Source: Phoronis australis (Eukaryota; Animalia; Phoronida). Taken from it: a stretch of DNA of 64,000 bases. The DNA is taken from assembly GCA_002633005.1 (NCBI GenBank), contig NMRA01000053.1:956711-1020710 (forward strand), written 5' to 3'. This document shows, one piece after another, positions 24,705 through 36,919 of this stretch. The position numbers and the translations under genes were made by a program. The stretch's first letter is position 1. Every line of letters starts with the position of its first letter. The notes beneath the pieces are model-generated. The model did not search any database. It saw only the letters and a program-made list of their open reading frames with translations, and was not told where the DNA came from.

Positions 24705-26335
24705 CGCTTAACACATCTCTACGTGTCCATCGACAAGTGTATTTCAGACTGTGGACCTGATAGGCCTGCGCGTAGGTTTAACCTAACGGAAGGAAAAAGT
24801 TTCGAACGATGGTCAAGTCAAAGACTGAGCAGACTATCCAAACTATATGTAGTAAACTAGTACAATAAACAATAAGCTAACATAAGTTAAAATGAGGCTG
24901 TGCGCTCTTTCGCGGTATAGCCTCCGCGACCAGACTTGTTGTACTGGTAAAATTAGTAGAGGTAAGCCCACCGTATCACCTCGGAGCCACTGAATGAGTA
25001 AAAGTGCATTGAATTCACAAGACTCAGTGATCGACTCACAAACATGCAGGCCTATTTTTGACTCACAGATGGGCACTACTTTGAGTCTGCAGTGGCGAAT
25101 CTATAGGATATGTCGCGGAAACTGTGCCCAAGGCCAAGGAAGGTAAGGGATCCACGTACGTGCATTCCAAGTGGTCTCTGAAGGAGCCCAAACACAATTA
25201 TAAAGGAAAATAGGCGCTTAACGCCCCTAAACGATGTGCTGGCGACGTTTTTAATCGCCCATGGATACGTGCGTCCTCGGGGCCCTTCGATCGTCTACCT
25301 GATTCATTTCGCTGAATCCTCGTTCACGCAGCTGTACTGCAAGATAGTTGGCTGCGGCTACGTGCACCTACACCCCTCTATAAAACGTAACTTATGGTGC
25401 GTTGGCGCTATGTTGAAATGTCAAAAGGTGGTTGGCTGCGCCTACGTGCGCCTACGCCCCACTGCAGCACTGTACGCAACGTGAACTCGGTTGAGAGCCC
25501 CGTCCCGGTCTGGTCATGGAATTTTGTGACTCGATTTTTTCAGAGCTTCAAATATTTCTTCCGGTCAACACGAAACCAAAATAAAATAATTGACACATCA
25601 TTGTATTGCTTACGTCACCTGATAAGAGTCGCAACGTAGCAATGTAGGCCTAGTTGGTCTGAGGTCATACGCACGCGCAACCTCACTTAGCTTGTGAGCC
25701 GAACAACTGACAGGCTTGACGCTCTCATGAGCACAACTCCGTCGCTCATGGACACGATTCGTGAACTATCTGTGAGTCCGTGCCTAGTCGTGTTATGTGA
25801 GCGCCAGGGCATGTTCGTGAGTAATTGATGAGCTGAGTTTACAGGTCCGCGCGCCGTGTTCATATAAATGCATGATGAGCTGTGTTGTCCGGGTAGCCTA
25901 TTTAATACGCCTTACTTAAGCTGGATTTTTCTACTAATTCTAACAAAATTTAATTACGCCAGAACACTAAAAAATAGATATCCCCGTTCCTCGTTCAGCT
26001 TATACACGTATAATGCGAGGGTGATTAGCCACCAACCAGTTTCTGAAGAGGGGATATTTTTTTCGCGCTAAGATATCTAGTTTCCCAACCCGAGTGCCCA
26101 CAACTGCTGGCTGCAAAATACCAAGCAAAGCGTTGAAGTGCGCCCACGACTACAACGCAAGCGATGTGCTTCTAGGGGCACAGATCACTTAGAATCCGTC
26201 AGAAAACGGGAAGATGTCGTTGCCTCCACAGCGGAAACCTAATGTTAAATTGCATGAAAATCCACCAAGGAACTCTGTTTACTACTGTTGGTTGGGACTG
26301 GTTTCTCAGTGGGGAAAGTGGATTCCGTGATTCAG

Positions 26336-26763
26336 TGGCCGATTGCATGAAACATTTCCAAATAGGGACTCAATTAAGGTGTCTAAGTCTTTTTGCCTAT
26401 TTGTGTCTTTATGGACTCACAGATGCAATATTTTCTATCATTTCATCTTTATTGTGATCTCGTCTTTGATTAATGACATTTTTAGTAACATAACTAAAAA
26501 CTGAGCCCAGAGTTCATTGAAAATAAATAGGGACTCAGTCCTTGGGAGCGTTGCTTGAAAATATTCCTACTTATTTTCGATAATATTGACAATTCAAACG
26601 TAGAGCTCTCTCTCGATTTGCATCAAAGTCAAAAGTTGACTTAGAAATGAAATTAAAACTATACAAGAAAGGGTAATCGATGTTTTCACAAGTTCAAAAA
26701 TACGCAGTTGATTTAGGGAACTTAGTTGAATCCCTATTTGGGACTGTTTCATGCCACAGGGCA
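26336..26763. mobile_element. PIF/Harbinger-like MITE with ~55-bp TIRs, CAG TSD
   Basis: cag|tggccgattgcatgaaacatttccaaatagggactcaattaag ... cttagttgaatccctatttgggactgtttcatgccacagggca|cag. Confidence 0.65.
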
Positions 26764-27447
26764 CAGAAAGCTGATACAAGTTTGGAACGCTGTCTTGTAA
26801 CGACCATCTAGATTGTTATTTCACTAACATAATTATTAGTTCCTTTGAACGTATCCGCCAGTTTTCGGTAATTAATAAATAATTAAACTACAAAACCACA
26901 CATAATCCCTTAAAACCTTCAAAATAGTGTATGTTAACGAATGCTTAACTCTTGCGCTCTTGATGTTGATGATAACTGGGTAGCAAACCTTCATTTAGGT
27001 AAGTCTGGTCAAGTACGACGATCCACTCAAAGTGAGATTGCGAGCGCCTTTGGTGGCCCAAACTTCGAATTAAAAACGAATTTGTGACGGTTTTAAACAG
27101 ACAAAAATACCTCTTAAAGAGATCCAGTGCGAACACAGACCGGTGGAAAAGCAAAGCTGTCAAGTTTGCATTATTTCAGAACTTAAAGTATTTCTTCTGA
27201 CAAACGAAGAACTAAAACGAAATAATACTCGCCAATGAAATACAAGCATGTTTCAACAATATAGTCCCAATAATTGAGAAATGTGCGCACAATCTCACAT
27301 AAAACTTCACAACTTTTATCGAACATTTCTTGATTTTGTGGCATTCACATCTCGCGTTTGGCGTTTTTATACAATACATTTTCATGTCACCGTCGGGGGC
27401 CTATATGTTATATTTTGCCCCTGCTAGGTATGTACACGTATATTTTG

Positions 27448-27453
27448 TTTATT
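27448..27453 (-). terminator. Candidate polyadenylation signal of the GPR158-like gene
   Basis: AATAAA on the minus strand ~165 nt after the stop. Confidence 0.35.
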
Positions 27454-27616
27454 GCGGCTATTCTTTGCGGGCATGGTCTTTGTCACTTCAACAGAAATTT
27501 GAACGCCGACTGAGAATTTCGATAAAAGCTGTACGAAGTAAATGGACCCTCGTATTTAATGAAATGAGTGTAAATAGTAAAGGACGCATCGCTTCTCGGT
27601 ATTACAGACGTCCCAA

Positions 27617-27925
27617 TCAATGTTTTGTTCCCCGCTTAAAGGTAACGGTTGGGCCGTCCGCTCGTTTGTTGTCCAAGTCGTATGTAAACACGTCGCCACT
27701 AACTGTTGATTCCTCTGGCGTTTTTGTCACTTCGGCAATGCTCTCCGATATGTCATGCTCGAGTTCTCTACAAATACTTCTATGTTTCTGATGAGCAAAT
27801 GGCTGTAACGAGAATCGTCTGCCTTGTTTCTTCCCGCCTTTTCTCTTGGATATATGAGGGTTGTCTTTGCGCATGTTTTTGGTTTTATAGACTTGAAGCT
27901 GTGTGTAAATCCTTTTTAATTCGAG
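27617..27925 (-). CDS. GPR158-like: GPR158/179-like receptor, coding exon 10 (C-terminal helix, short tail, stop)
   Basis: LELKRIYTQLQVYKTKNMRKDNPHISKRK...KRGTKH*, matching the recalled GPR158 motif DELKKLYAQLEIYKRKKMITNNPHLQKKR. Acceptor tttcag. Confidence 0.9.
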   Translation of the reverse strand, partial: LELKRIYTQLQVYKTKNMRKDNPHISKRKGGKKQGRRFSLQPFAHQKHRSICRELEHDISESIAEVTKTPEESTVSGDVFTYDLDNKRADGPTVTFKRGTKH

Positions 27926-28955
27926 CTGAAATAATCAAAGAAGTCATAACGAAAGCCAAATTTAATTAAAACAAAAGATGAAACAAGTATAAATCGAGTA
28001 ACCAGGAATTTAAATGTTCAAGTTTTACAGAAAGTAATATTTTCTCAACTTCAAAAAATAAGAAATTCTTAAAATTCAACATCTGTCGATGCGCATCACA
28101 CTAATCGACAGAGACATCAGCCAACGAAGCAACATTAATTATGTTACCAGTGCTGCCCCCTATGTAGTGTTCGTTCCATCCATCATTAATGTTTAACTTT
28201 GGCAGTTCCTGTCATTTACATCCATTTTAGGATGCACTGCCAGAAACTCAACTGAAATTCTATATTATTATTTCATCAATTTCATCAAAAACTGGTGCCA
28301 TATTTTCATTGTTTTGCATTTTTAAAATCCATTTTTTTTAGTTTAGTTTGACTAAATTGGGAACAACATATTTCAGAAATGACCTGTTGAATTTTTATGA
28401 AATTTTCACATACTATGTTTTATGCACTGTTCTCACAAACACTTTTCAGGATTTCTTTTTAAATTGTTCAAATGCTCCACTTCTGAATGAGGGGCCATCA
28501 AAATGAGACTTTTACGAAAAAAATCGAAAGTCGCATTAAAAGAAAACGAAATGATAATTTAGAAAACAGTAACAGGGTTTCTGACATTATTTTGAACATT
28601 TGTATCAGGTGAATATGGCTATGTTACTGATACCGTTGTTTTGTTATGAACGTGCCTTTGATATTTTGTCAACTTTTACGAGAACGACATGGTCAAGTGA
28701 AGAGACGGCTACAAAGACAACAATCAAATTTTACAGACTTTCGGCTTTAGAAAACATATACTTTTACTGCGTAAACATCTACAATACTGTAGACACTTGG
28801 CTCAATTCACAGACCTGTGGATAGGGTGCTACATAACGTTAACGAAGTTAAAACAAAGAGTGCCTTTATTCCCATGGGCTCAAAACCCCGCAACATTCAA
28901 CACAGTTCAGCTTGCACTACAACTGGGATGGCTTGCCTAGCTAAGCGTTTCATAC

Positions 28956-29126
28956 CCTGATATCTTCTGGATCCATCTCTGAGATGTTTACTTCTCCCAC
29001 GTCCACGTCCCCGTTAGAGGAGATGCCGAGCTGTAGTTTCATTGACTCTGGCAAAATGGAATCCAACACTTCCGTCGTGGAATAGGCCCTACTTCTGAAG
29101 TCAACGGGCTGGCTTGCATACCACAT
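28956..29126 (-). CDS. GPR158-like: GPR158/179-like receptor, coding exon 9
   Basis: MWYASQPVDFRSRAYS...VNISEMDPEDIR. Acceptor ttttatag, donor gtatga; phase 0 to 0. Confidence 0.9.
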
Positions 29127-29528
29127 CTATAAAACATTGAAAGAATGCGTATTTTTATGTACACGGTGGTGGAAAATGTATCTCTTCGAACCTAAAGATG
29201 GCACTTGCACTTAGTTTGATTGGTTTCTCAATTCGTCCTGCAAGTTTAGAGTTCAAACGAGCTGATAAGTGTACTCTTGGCCAGATTATGCAAGCCCTTA
29301 CGCCATTTTTTGCGTTCTCATCAATGGCACGGGTGGAACAGAACTTGCACGATCGTAACATTGAGATCAATTTCCTGAAGGAGAAATGCACCCCCGTAAA
29401 CATCACGGTACAAAAATAGTAGATTTTGAAGAACTTCGTGAACAGGCAAACGAAATCCTCCGCCAAAATAGTGCAACACAGTCCCAATGTTTTGTGCTTT
29501 AAGTTTTAAGTAAAAGCTGAAACATGTA

Positions 29529-29722
29529 CGGTGGCCCAATGGTGACATTGAAAAAAAAATCAACTTTAAGGAACAAAAATTACTTTTCTCCGCAGAAAAA
29601 AAGTGTTTTCCGTGGAGAAAATTTTTCTCGCGGAGGAAACTTTTTCTCCTCGCAGAAAAGATTTTTTTAGCAGACAAGTTTTTTTTGTAATATTTGTTTT
29701 CAAAGTCAACTTTGGGCCACTG
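29529..29722. mobile_element. Tc1/mariner-type MITE (TA TSD) with internal ~21-bp tandem repeats
   Basis: TA|cggtggccca ... tgggccactg|TA; internal ttttctccgcagaaaaaa-type units. Confidence 0.65.
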
Positions 29723-29999
29723 TAAACACGAGAATTTCAACAGACTTGTTCAGGAAATTAAAAATGAAAGCTTTGCTTAATAATGTCATTAGCGACACCT
29801 CTTATTTCAAAAGAAAGGGACTCATCGTTCAGTATCCCATGTAGAAAGCTGGCAACTGCATGCGTTACTCCGGAAGGTAGGCATTTGACTGGTTCTTGAT
29901 GACGACTTCTGGCTTATAGAACAATCAGATATCTCAGGAACAAAAAGGTCGTCCAACTACAGAAAGCTCTGTAACACATAGGCCTTTTTCTACACTTAC

Positions 30000-30105
30000 C
30001 TTAGGTGCTAATATTAACACGAGAGTCACTGTGACTGTCACCTGACAACGAAGGAAGTAAATTAAGAAGGCGTGGTCCGGGTGTAGCCATGAGTAAACGA
30101 AATGT
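30000..30105 (-). CDS. GPR158-like: GPR158/179-like receptor, coding exon 8 (TM7)
   Basis: (R)HFVYSWLHPDHAFLIYFLRCQVTVTVTLVLILAPK, with the class C TM7 xPK motif. Donor gtaagt. Confidence 0.92.
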
Positions 30106-30580
30106 CTGAAAAGGAATAGAATATTCATAGGAGCTTCAGCTACCTTGTGTCGAATGGAATTAGATTTTAACCTACTTACTGTTATAATGATGCTCTCAGC
30201 TGTTCCTTGCTAAAATTAAAAATAATTTCTGGAATTGGGAAGGATTGTTTCACAACAATTTACGCTCGGCGCAAGAAATGACCAGCCGAGTAAAACCAAT
30301 GCTATTGAGCCCAGTAGTATCTAGCAACAGGAGTTAGTTCATCCCAAACCCTTAACTTGAGCAAGGAACAAGCTGGGACCAGTTGTGTTATATAACAGTG
30401 ATAGGCCTGAACCAGTTTTTGAGCGAAAGTGGGTTTCTCGTAGCTTTACATGTATGTTAAACTCCTTCACTCCATCTCTCGTCCACGTACACGCTGGTAG
30501 AGTAAATGAATCGCGCTTTTGTACACGGCTGATCGTTTTACCGACTGTACTGTTCATAAATTTTACCGTCATGTACATCA

Positions 30581-30772
30581 AGGGTCTGTTTTAAGTTCAA
30601 GAGACTTGGCAGAAATTTGGTCTAACGTTACCACGTCACAATTACCAAATTAAAATTTAGTCGTGTCATTATTTGCCCATGACAGCCTGCAATAATTACT
30701 TTTACAGTTTTGTGCAGCATAAGACCAAAGTACTGTCTTAAGTCGTAAGTTAGTTTTCATGAAACAGATCCC
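30581..30772. mobile_element. PIF/Harbinger-like MITE relic related to 47747-48045
   Basis: gggtctgttt ... catgaaacagatccc ends; shared cagaaatttggtcta. Confidence 0.45.
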
Positions 30773-30876
30773 TGTATTGAATTTATTGAGATAAAGTCGA
30801 ATACCGAGTGAAGTCAGGAATTAAAATTAGCACGTCATCCTCATTCAGGCAAGCAAAGTTAACATTTCTCAATTAC

Positions 30877-31015
30877 CTGGCAATGTGGAAGGTGGCGGAC
30901 ATGATGAGTTCATTTAGTAATGCGATGGATATGTATTTTGTTTCACTAAAGTCCACGGGAGCGTCTCGCACACAGTAACAAAGGTATAGTCCAAATAACG
31001 TAAACAGGAATTCGG
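30877..31015 (-). CDS. GPR158-like: GPR158/179-like receptor, coding exon 7 (TM5-TM6)
   Basis: (S)EFLFTLFGLYLCYCVRDAPVDFSETKYISIALLNELIMSATFHIAR, with a class C FxExK-type ICL3 motif. Phase 1 to 2. Confidence 0.93.
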
Positions 31016-31685
31016 CTGAAACAAAAAGAATAGATGATTTATGTTATTGTGCTAAACACACAATACTGATATTTCTGTACGTGAGATGTGCCATGTATGT
31101 CTTGAAAAAATAATAACGGGTGGCGAATTTATCATCAAAGAAGGTTTTTATGACTATTTGAAATCGCAAAATTTCAAGGCATGACACGAACTAGTGTTTT
31201 TAAAACACATGTATGGGCTCAGTGAGAACGAATTCGTCAGATACATCTGTGTATATCTCTATTTATTGCATGTTCGATGTAAACGATTTTATATATAATC
31301 TAAGGGATATGTATCCGAAAACCAAGTGAAGGCAATTACGTGTCTAAGACCAACCCCGCTCCCGAACATTTTGTTTGCCGAGAACGTAGTACCTCACGAA
31401 CTCAGTCTTTCTCAATACCGCAGTTAAAGTACATTTAATACAAGACTAACCCGAAAGTTGATTTGTGTAAAAAGTTTTATGTCACATTCAGTGAAGTGGT
31501 GCGAGGGAAGGGAATGACGTGCGAAGAATAGAACTCGCGGGGCAGGTTAGTCTGTGTACGAGCAAANNNNNNNNNNNNNNNNNNNGGGGGGGGGGGGGGG
31601 AGGCTTTCGTCTGTGTTATAGGAGTACTGAGCGTGAGAAAGATTTCTGAGCGCAGGCAGGCTCTATATATGTATTATGTACGTAC

Positions 31686-31746
31686 CTATGCACGTATGTA
31701 TGTATGTATGTATGTATGTATGTATGTATGTATGTATGTATGTATG
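31686..31746. repeat. (TATG)n microsatellite; N gap nearby at 31567-31585
   Basis: Direct reading. Confidence 0.95.
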
Positions 31747-32044
31747 AATACATGTCTGTATGCATGCATCCATATAGTAAATACATACATACATACATGT
31801 AGTGGCAACCGGAGAGGGAAGCCCAGGTAGTAGGTGTTAAAACATTAAAACGTGTCACTTATTTATCTGTTGAAAATGACGCCATGGGGCCATTTCTACG
31901 GTTTTCACATCAAGATTGTTTTGTTAAGAGCGACCCGGGATCTTTTTAACGTCGAAAAATGAACCATGGGGTCATCTTCACGAGGTCAAAATTCATTGCA
32001 CCACCGGCTCAGCCCGCGATATCCGATACTGTTCAAGCACTTAC

Positions 32045-32274
32045 ATATTTCCACGAAGTAATTCCACCAGGAAGACTTGCACGTATGGAACCACAGTCCG
32101 TCGTGTGCCTGAATCTTCTCCGTCAGCCCCACTGTGTGGTGTTCCATACTGACCGCTGTCCAAGAGGCCATGTATCCTACCACCACTATGACAATCACTA
32201 ACAGGTACTTGAGAAGGTCCTTATCTCGCACGTGCACTCGGCGAGCTTTCCGAGTCTGAAACTCGGCCAGTACC
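32045..32274 (-). CDS. GPR158-like: GPR158/179-like receptor, coding exon 6 (ICL2-TM4-ECL2)
   Basis: (R)VLAEFQTRKARRVHVRDKDLLKYLLVIVIVVVGYMASWTAV...CKSSWWNYFVEI. Phase 2 to 1; donor gtaagt. Confidence 0.93.
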
Positions 32275-33683
32275 CTGAAATGTCATAGTAAAATTGTCTC
32301 AACGGTTCAGACATTCGAATTAATTATTGTATGATCTGGACAGATTGTCTAGATGCCGAAAAAGCCACTCATATTTCATAGTTAATAATTCGCAATACTG
32401 ATCACTGCTATGGTAACGCCGTTTCAATAGGGCCGTCAAGGACTACCCTCGAATCTCGTTGTATTTACCCACAATGTCGCAAACATCCGTCAGGCACATT
32501 TCCTGCCTCGTTTTCGTGGAATTGGAGTTTCACATGTTATTTGTCGTTCTCTGGTTCTTTACAAGTTTTTCTCGGTTGCATTATTCTATTCGTCCTCCCA
32601 ATGCTAATTAAAGCATACTGCTATGCTGTGGGCTGCAACGCCTAGGTGAGAAAGTTTGCTAAAATGGACAAATACTCGTGTATGCGTGATGCAATATTCT
32701 TTGCCTTTCCGACATAAATGACACACGAAAACGTGCCCTATTTCCAAAACGAGGTCACGCGGTTTCTTATCTCCAGGACAAAGGAGAGTTCTATCGCCGT
32801 GATCCGGGCCTGCCTTGTTTCAATTGAAAACGTTATTGTAAATTAATGTAGACCCCGGAGGCTTTAGGTTCGCATGCCACAACTTTAACATTACACCACC
32901 AGCACGTCACCGAACTAGAAAGTCTTTTATGCATTTTCTGTCATCCGGATTCTGACATGAGGACTTTTAAATGAGGACAAAAAGCATAGTTATTTCAGAG
33001 CCCGCCCGGGGTCTATAATCTTTGTACTCGAAATCGAGCTTGACATTATTTTTGACATTTCCCGATATACTTAAAATACCAACTCAAGATAAGTGTCTGT
33101 GCTCAAGAATACTAAGATCAACGTGAATGACTGTCCAACCCTGGTTTGCACTGAAAGCTATGAGTTCAACGGGAACTTTGACTCGAATACAACCAGTTTA
33201 ATTGTGTTCTTCCTCAGTGGCAGTGTGTAACGGCAAAGGGTCTAGCAGAGTTCTATCGTTCTGTTAAAACTACCCCTAGTGGCGTGACTATCATCACCTG
33301 GTATGCACGTGGTCGTGTAACAACTAAATCATTTATAAACACGTCTAACATTACAAAAATAGCCTTTGATTTAGGCTACATATCACAACATGAGAAAAAT
33401 CCTACGCTAACATCTGGGGTTTGTTGCCCCAACGCCTAAGCGAGCCTAAGCCAGACTGTCAGTGACTAACCCGTCATAATCGATTCACAAACTCATACTC
33501 ATTACTTGGCCGTGATGCTGAAGAAATTCTATTCGATAAATTCTCTTCGAAGACGGATACTATTCCGTTTTCAACTTTGAAAACAGTCATGAGACTATGT
33601 ACGTTACTGAGTTCCATCAAAGTGATGAAAATGCTAAATGGAGATCTCTTTTGGAACCGAACCGTATCTTGATGTGGTAAGTG

Positions 33684-33839
33684 CAGTGGCGGATTCAGAG
33701 GGGGACCAAGGGGTCATGGCCCTCCTAAAATTCTGTCAAATTCCATTTGGCAGTTCGGGGGTGCGAATGTCTGACGGGCAAAATCCTGGCTAATACTCTG
33801 CCCTGCCCCTCCTCGCTCAAAATCCTGGATCCACCCCAG
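33684..33839. mobile_element. GC-rich MITE (cagtggcggat...ggatcc) with 5-bp TSD AAGTG
   Basis: aagtg|cagtggcggattc...ggatccaccccag|aagtg; sister copy at 39692-39846. Confidence 0.75.
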
Positions 33840-34863
33840 AAGTGTACAGCCGTTTCGTCCATATTCCATTGACTTTGAAACTCGTACGCTAAACAGGCGT
33901 GTTGGTTTACGACGGCAATTATCTCACATGATCCAGCACGTTCACCCTTCAATCCGTGTTATAGCACGAGCCCATACTCTACAACTTAGCTTTGTCAATG
34001 AAAAGAACCCTAAGTTAACACCCTAACCAGTGGAGATTGGGCAACTCGACCGGTTTGCGTACCTTGGAATCTGCTGGCATTGATCAAAAGCACTATGCTG
34101 TTGTAGTAATTACATGACCTCAGGCTACTGATGTTATTGTTCTCAAGGTAACCAGACCCATCATAAACACACTGGAGGCGACAATAGTATTTTTAAATTT
34201 TCGTTTTGTAAGTTTGTGAACAGCACCTTTCAATAATTCGTGAAAAGTACACGTGATTAGGTTTTTGAATTTTGAAAACTGGACTAGAAATGTGATTTGA
34301 TAACCTAAGACATAAGTTTAATGTTGCCACAGTATGTTCCTCATTAATTCTGCTGGGTGTGCAACATAACTGGGCCAATTACACCAAACCATCAGGCAGC
34401 AGTTGGATTTTGAGGTAAAAAGTGTCATCGTGCCTGCACAGCGTGTCATTAGATGCCGATAATGGTCTCCACGAATAAGGACCTGTCAGTTCTTTGAAAA
34501 CCTAGAAAGCACGTCTCGTCCGAGTAAGGATCAAGTTTAGACCAATTCTAGCGGTAGCCACAACTCGAGATCAGCTACTGCATGCACGCCACCCCCGTCC
34601 TCCTGTGACTCACAGTTTACACAGCACAGCGTTTGACTGAGTCTGCGGACACTGGATTAATTTGCCCATCTTTCGGAAACATGATGACCAGTATTCGGAA
34701 AAACGCCACGATTATACCGTTGATACCGGCGTAGACTTAATGTATAGAAAGACGCTTAAAAGTCGTTAGTATATTAGATTTAGCAGCGCCCGTGAAATTT
34801 TGCCAATTGAATATGCTTGCACATGGTTTACTTTTTAGCATCTTTATATTTTTATTATTTTAC

Positions 34864-34973
34864 CTATAAACCTTGAGCAGTAAAACCCCGTACATCACAG
34901 CGAACCCCGTCTCCCTCATCCACGGGACCAAGAGACAGACCTCAGTCGAAGGCTCAAAATACATAACAATCAC
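34864..34973 (-). CDS. GPR158-like: GPR158/179-like receptor, coding exon 5 (ECL1-TM3)
   Basis: VIVMYFEPSTEVCLLVPWMRETGFAVMYGVLLLKVYR; phase 0 to 2. Confidence 0.93.
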
Positions 34974-35324
34974 CTGAAATGTTTCATTACAAGTTCGTAC
35001 ATGTCGTTTCGACAACAGCTAAACGCAACATTAAATGATCCATGATCTACGACATATTAGCGTCAGTCTTCAAAATATAACTAGGGCCTAAATGTTGTTG
35101 AAGCCCGGGGGTTGAAATCACCAGTCACTCCGAAAATATAGATGGAAATCAACAGTGAATTAGTAGAATCACCCCTATAGTTTTATAGTAGAACTAACCA
35201 ACAATTTCGCCTACTTACAATGGGCAACAAGAAATTTGTACTCGAATGGCAGTAAAGTGATGTAGACTTCTCAATTTAAGAGCAAGTTTCTAGAATACGC
35301 AAGTTAAGACGCATGCATGCTCAC

Positions 35325-35393
35325 CGTGACGTATATAAATATGGAGCCCAGGATCACGAGCTCCAGGAGTGGCCACATACTCAGTTTGAACAC
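35325..35393 (-). CDS. GPR158-like: GPR158/179-like receptor, coding exon 4 (TM2)
   Basis: VFKLSMWPLLELVILGSIFIYVT. Acceptor ttttcag, donor gtgagc. Confidence 0.9.
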
Positions 35394-35914
35394 CTGAAAA
35401 GTTAATTAGTACCACCTAATAATTGATTATGTTTACATAGAGTGACGGTTAGTATAAAGAAGAACAAGTACGACCTATCAATGTGTCTAGAAAGAACGTT
35501 AAGGGGTAATAAATTCCAAGCCGCAGACGCTGTGATCGCATCGCGATATGTGAGAGGGAGGATCAAAGTAGATCAATGCATTAAATGATCCCATTGCTTC
35601 GCGACCATTAAGTGTTTCCCGTAGGAAACTGTTAATTTTCAATGATATAGACATCAAAGATGGAACGAGCTTGATGTGCCCTATAGGAACCTCTGAAAAT
35701 GCGTAACACTGGCATTCACTACCATTGGGCATTAGATAAAGTTTTCATAAACGGCACAAAGCGCTTTATATGAAAAAAGTGACATTTTTTATAATGTTCA
35801 TAATTTTTCATCATCGTCAAGGTTCGGTTTCAGATGTCAAAGCGCCATATTGTTGATCGTTGTATGTATTTCCCGACGGCTATGAAAGGTCAGAACGAGA
35901 TAATTTTTCTCCAC

Positions 35915-36385
35915 TCCTCTATCGACAGACTTATTAGACCATGGATAGACTCAAGACTTCTATCGATAGACTTATTATCTCTATCGATATCGACAGAGTT
36001 ATATAGTATCAATATCGATAAACTCATTAAACTCGTCGGTAGACATACTTATTTTATCGACGGAGTTAGCAAGTCTTCCGATAGAGATAACTCCGTCGAT
36101 AGACTTAGTAACTCTATTGATAAAATTACTAAGTCGGAAGACATATTAACACTTAATATATCGTTGGAGACAGTATATTCAGCGTTAGAGATGCTGAGTT
36201 TATCGATATAGATAGAAAGTCTATCGACAGAAATACTACCAGTATCGACAGAGTTAAGATTGGAGGAAAAGAGAACCACCAAGTTTTTCGATAGTTATTA
36301 CACTGTATCTCTGGACATGGACAAATACGTTTATCGATAAAACTAGCATTTTCATCAATAACGATAGTAATTTTATCAACATATA
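35915..36385. repeat. Degenerate ~20-bp repeat tract built on (T)ATCGA(T/C)A
   Basis: Many copies such as ctatcgacagactta, ctatcgatagactta, atatcgataaactca, ttatcgataaaact. Confidence 0.7.
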
Positions 36386-36574
36386 CACTGTACAATAATT
36401 CGTTAGATGTAGTTAGGACTGGCAAAAAATTCCCGCGCTGACCTTTTGAGAAGATTCGTTAAGAGTAAGAGTCTAGAATGCTTCTTCACGATTTTGAATA
36501 ATACTTAATACATTTATACTTAACGAATGCCTCTGCTCCACAGGTGAGAGCAGAAGCAGCAATAGGCTGATCAC

Positions 36575-36919
36575 CTTGTGACTCCTTTTATAAACGATGA
36601 CGATTCCCAAGACAACAACGATAGTGATGGAGAAGCTTTGAACGCCCAATGGAATCCCGCGTAAGAGGATATGCCTTTCTACGTAACATAGTCCGTCGCT
36701 TTCGCAGTCATCACAACGCTTCTTACACGGAGAACATTGGTAAAAGTCGCCGTATTTATTGGGCTGGCCCAATTGATAGAGAACAAAATCTTCTTCTATG
36801 TCAGTGCCATTAAAATAAGATTGGTTGCTAGGAAACTGGTGACCGGGGAACACGTATCCAGGCTTGCATTGACAATAGTATGAACCCCTTCGGAAACCCC
36901 GACCTGGTATGTGCACACA
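36575..36919 (-). CDS. GPR158-like: GPR158/179-like receptor, coding exon 3 (EGF-like/Cys-rich stalk, TM1)
   Basis: CVHIPGRGFRRGSYYCQCKPGY...CSPCKKRCDDCESDGLC...LRGIPLGVQSFSITIVVVLGIVIVYKRSHK; phase 0 to 0. Confidence 0.94.

Noticed and set aside
27330-27969. + strand ORFs of 153 and 87 aa
   Set aside because: They are antisense shadows of the last GPCR exon and its 3'UTR.
35834-36425. SIDRL-repeat ORFs on both strands
   Set aside because: Explained by the palindromic DNA repeat; no splice or codon evidence.
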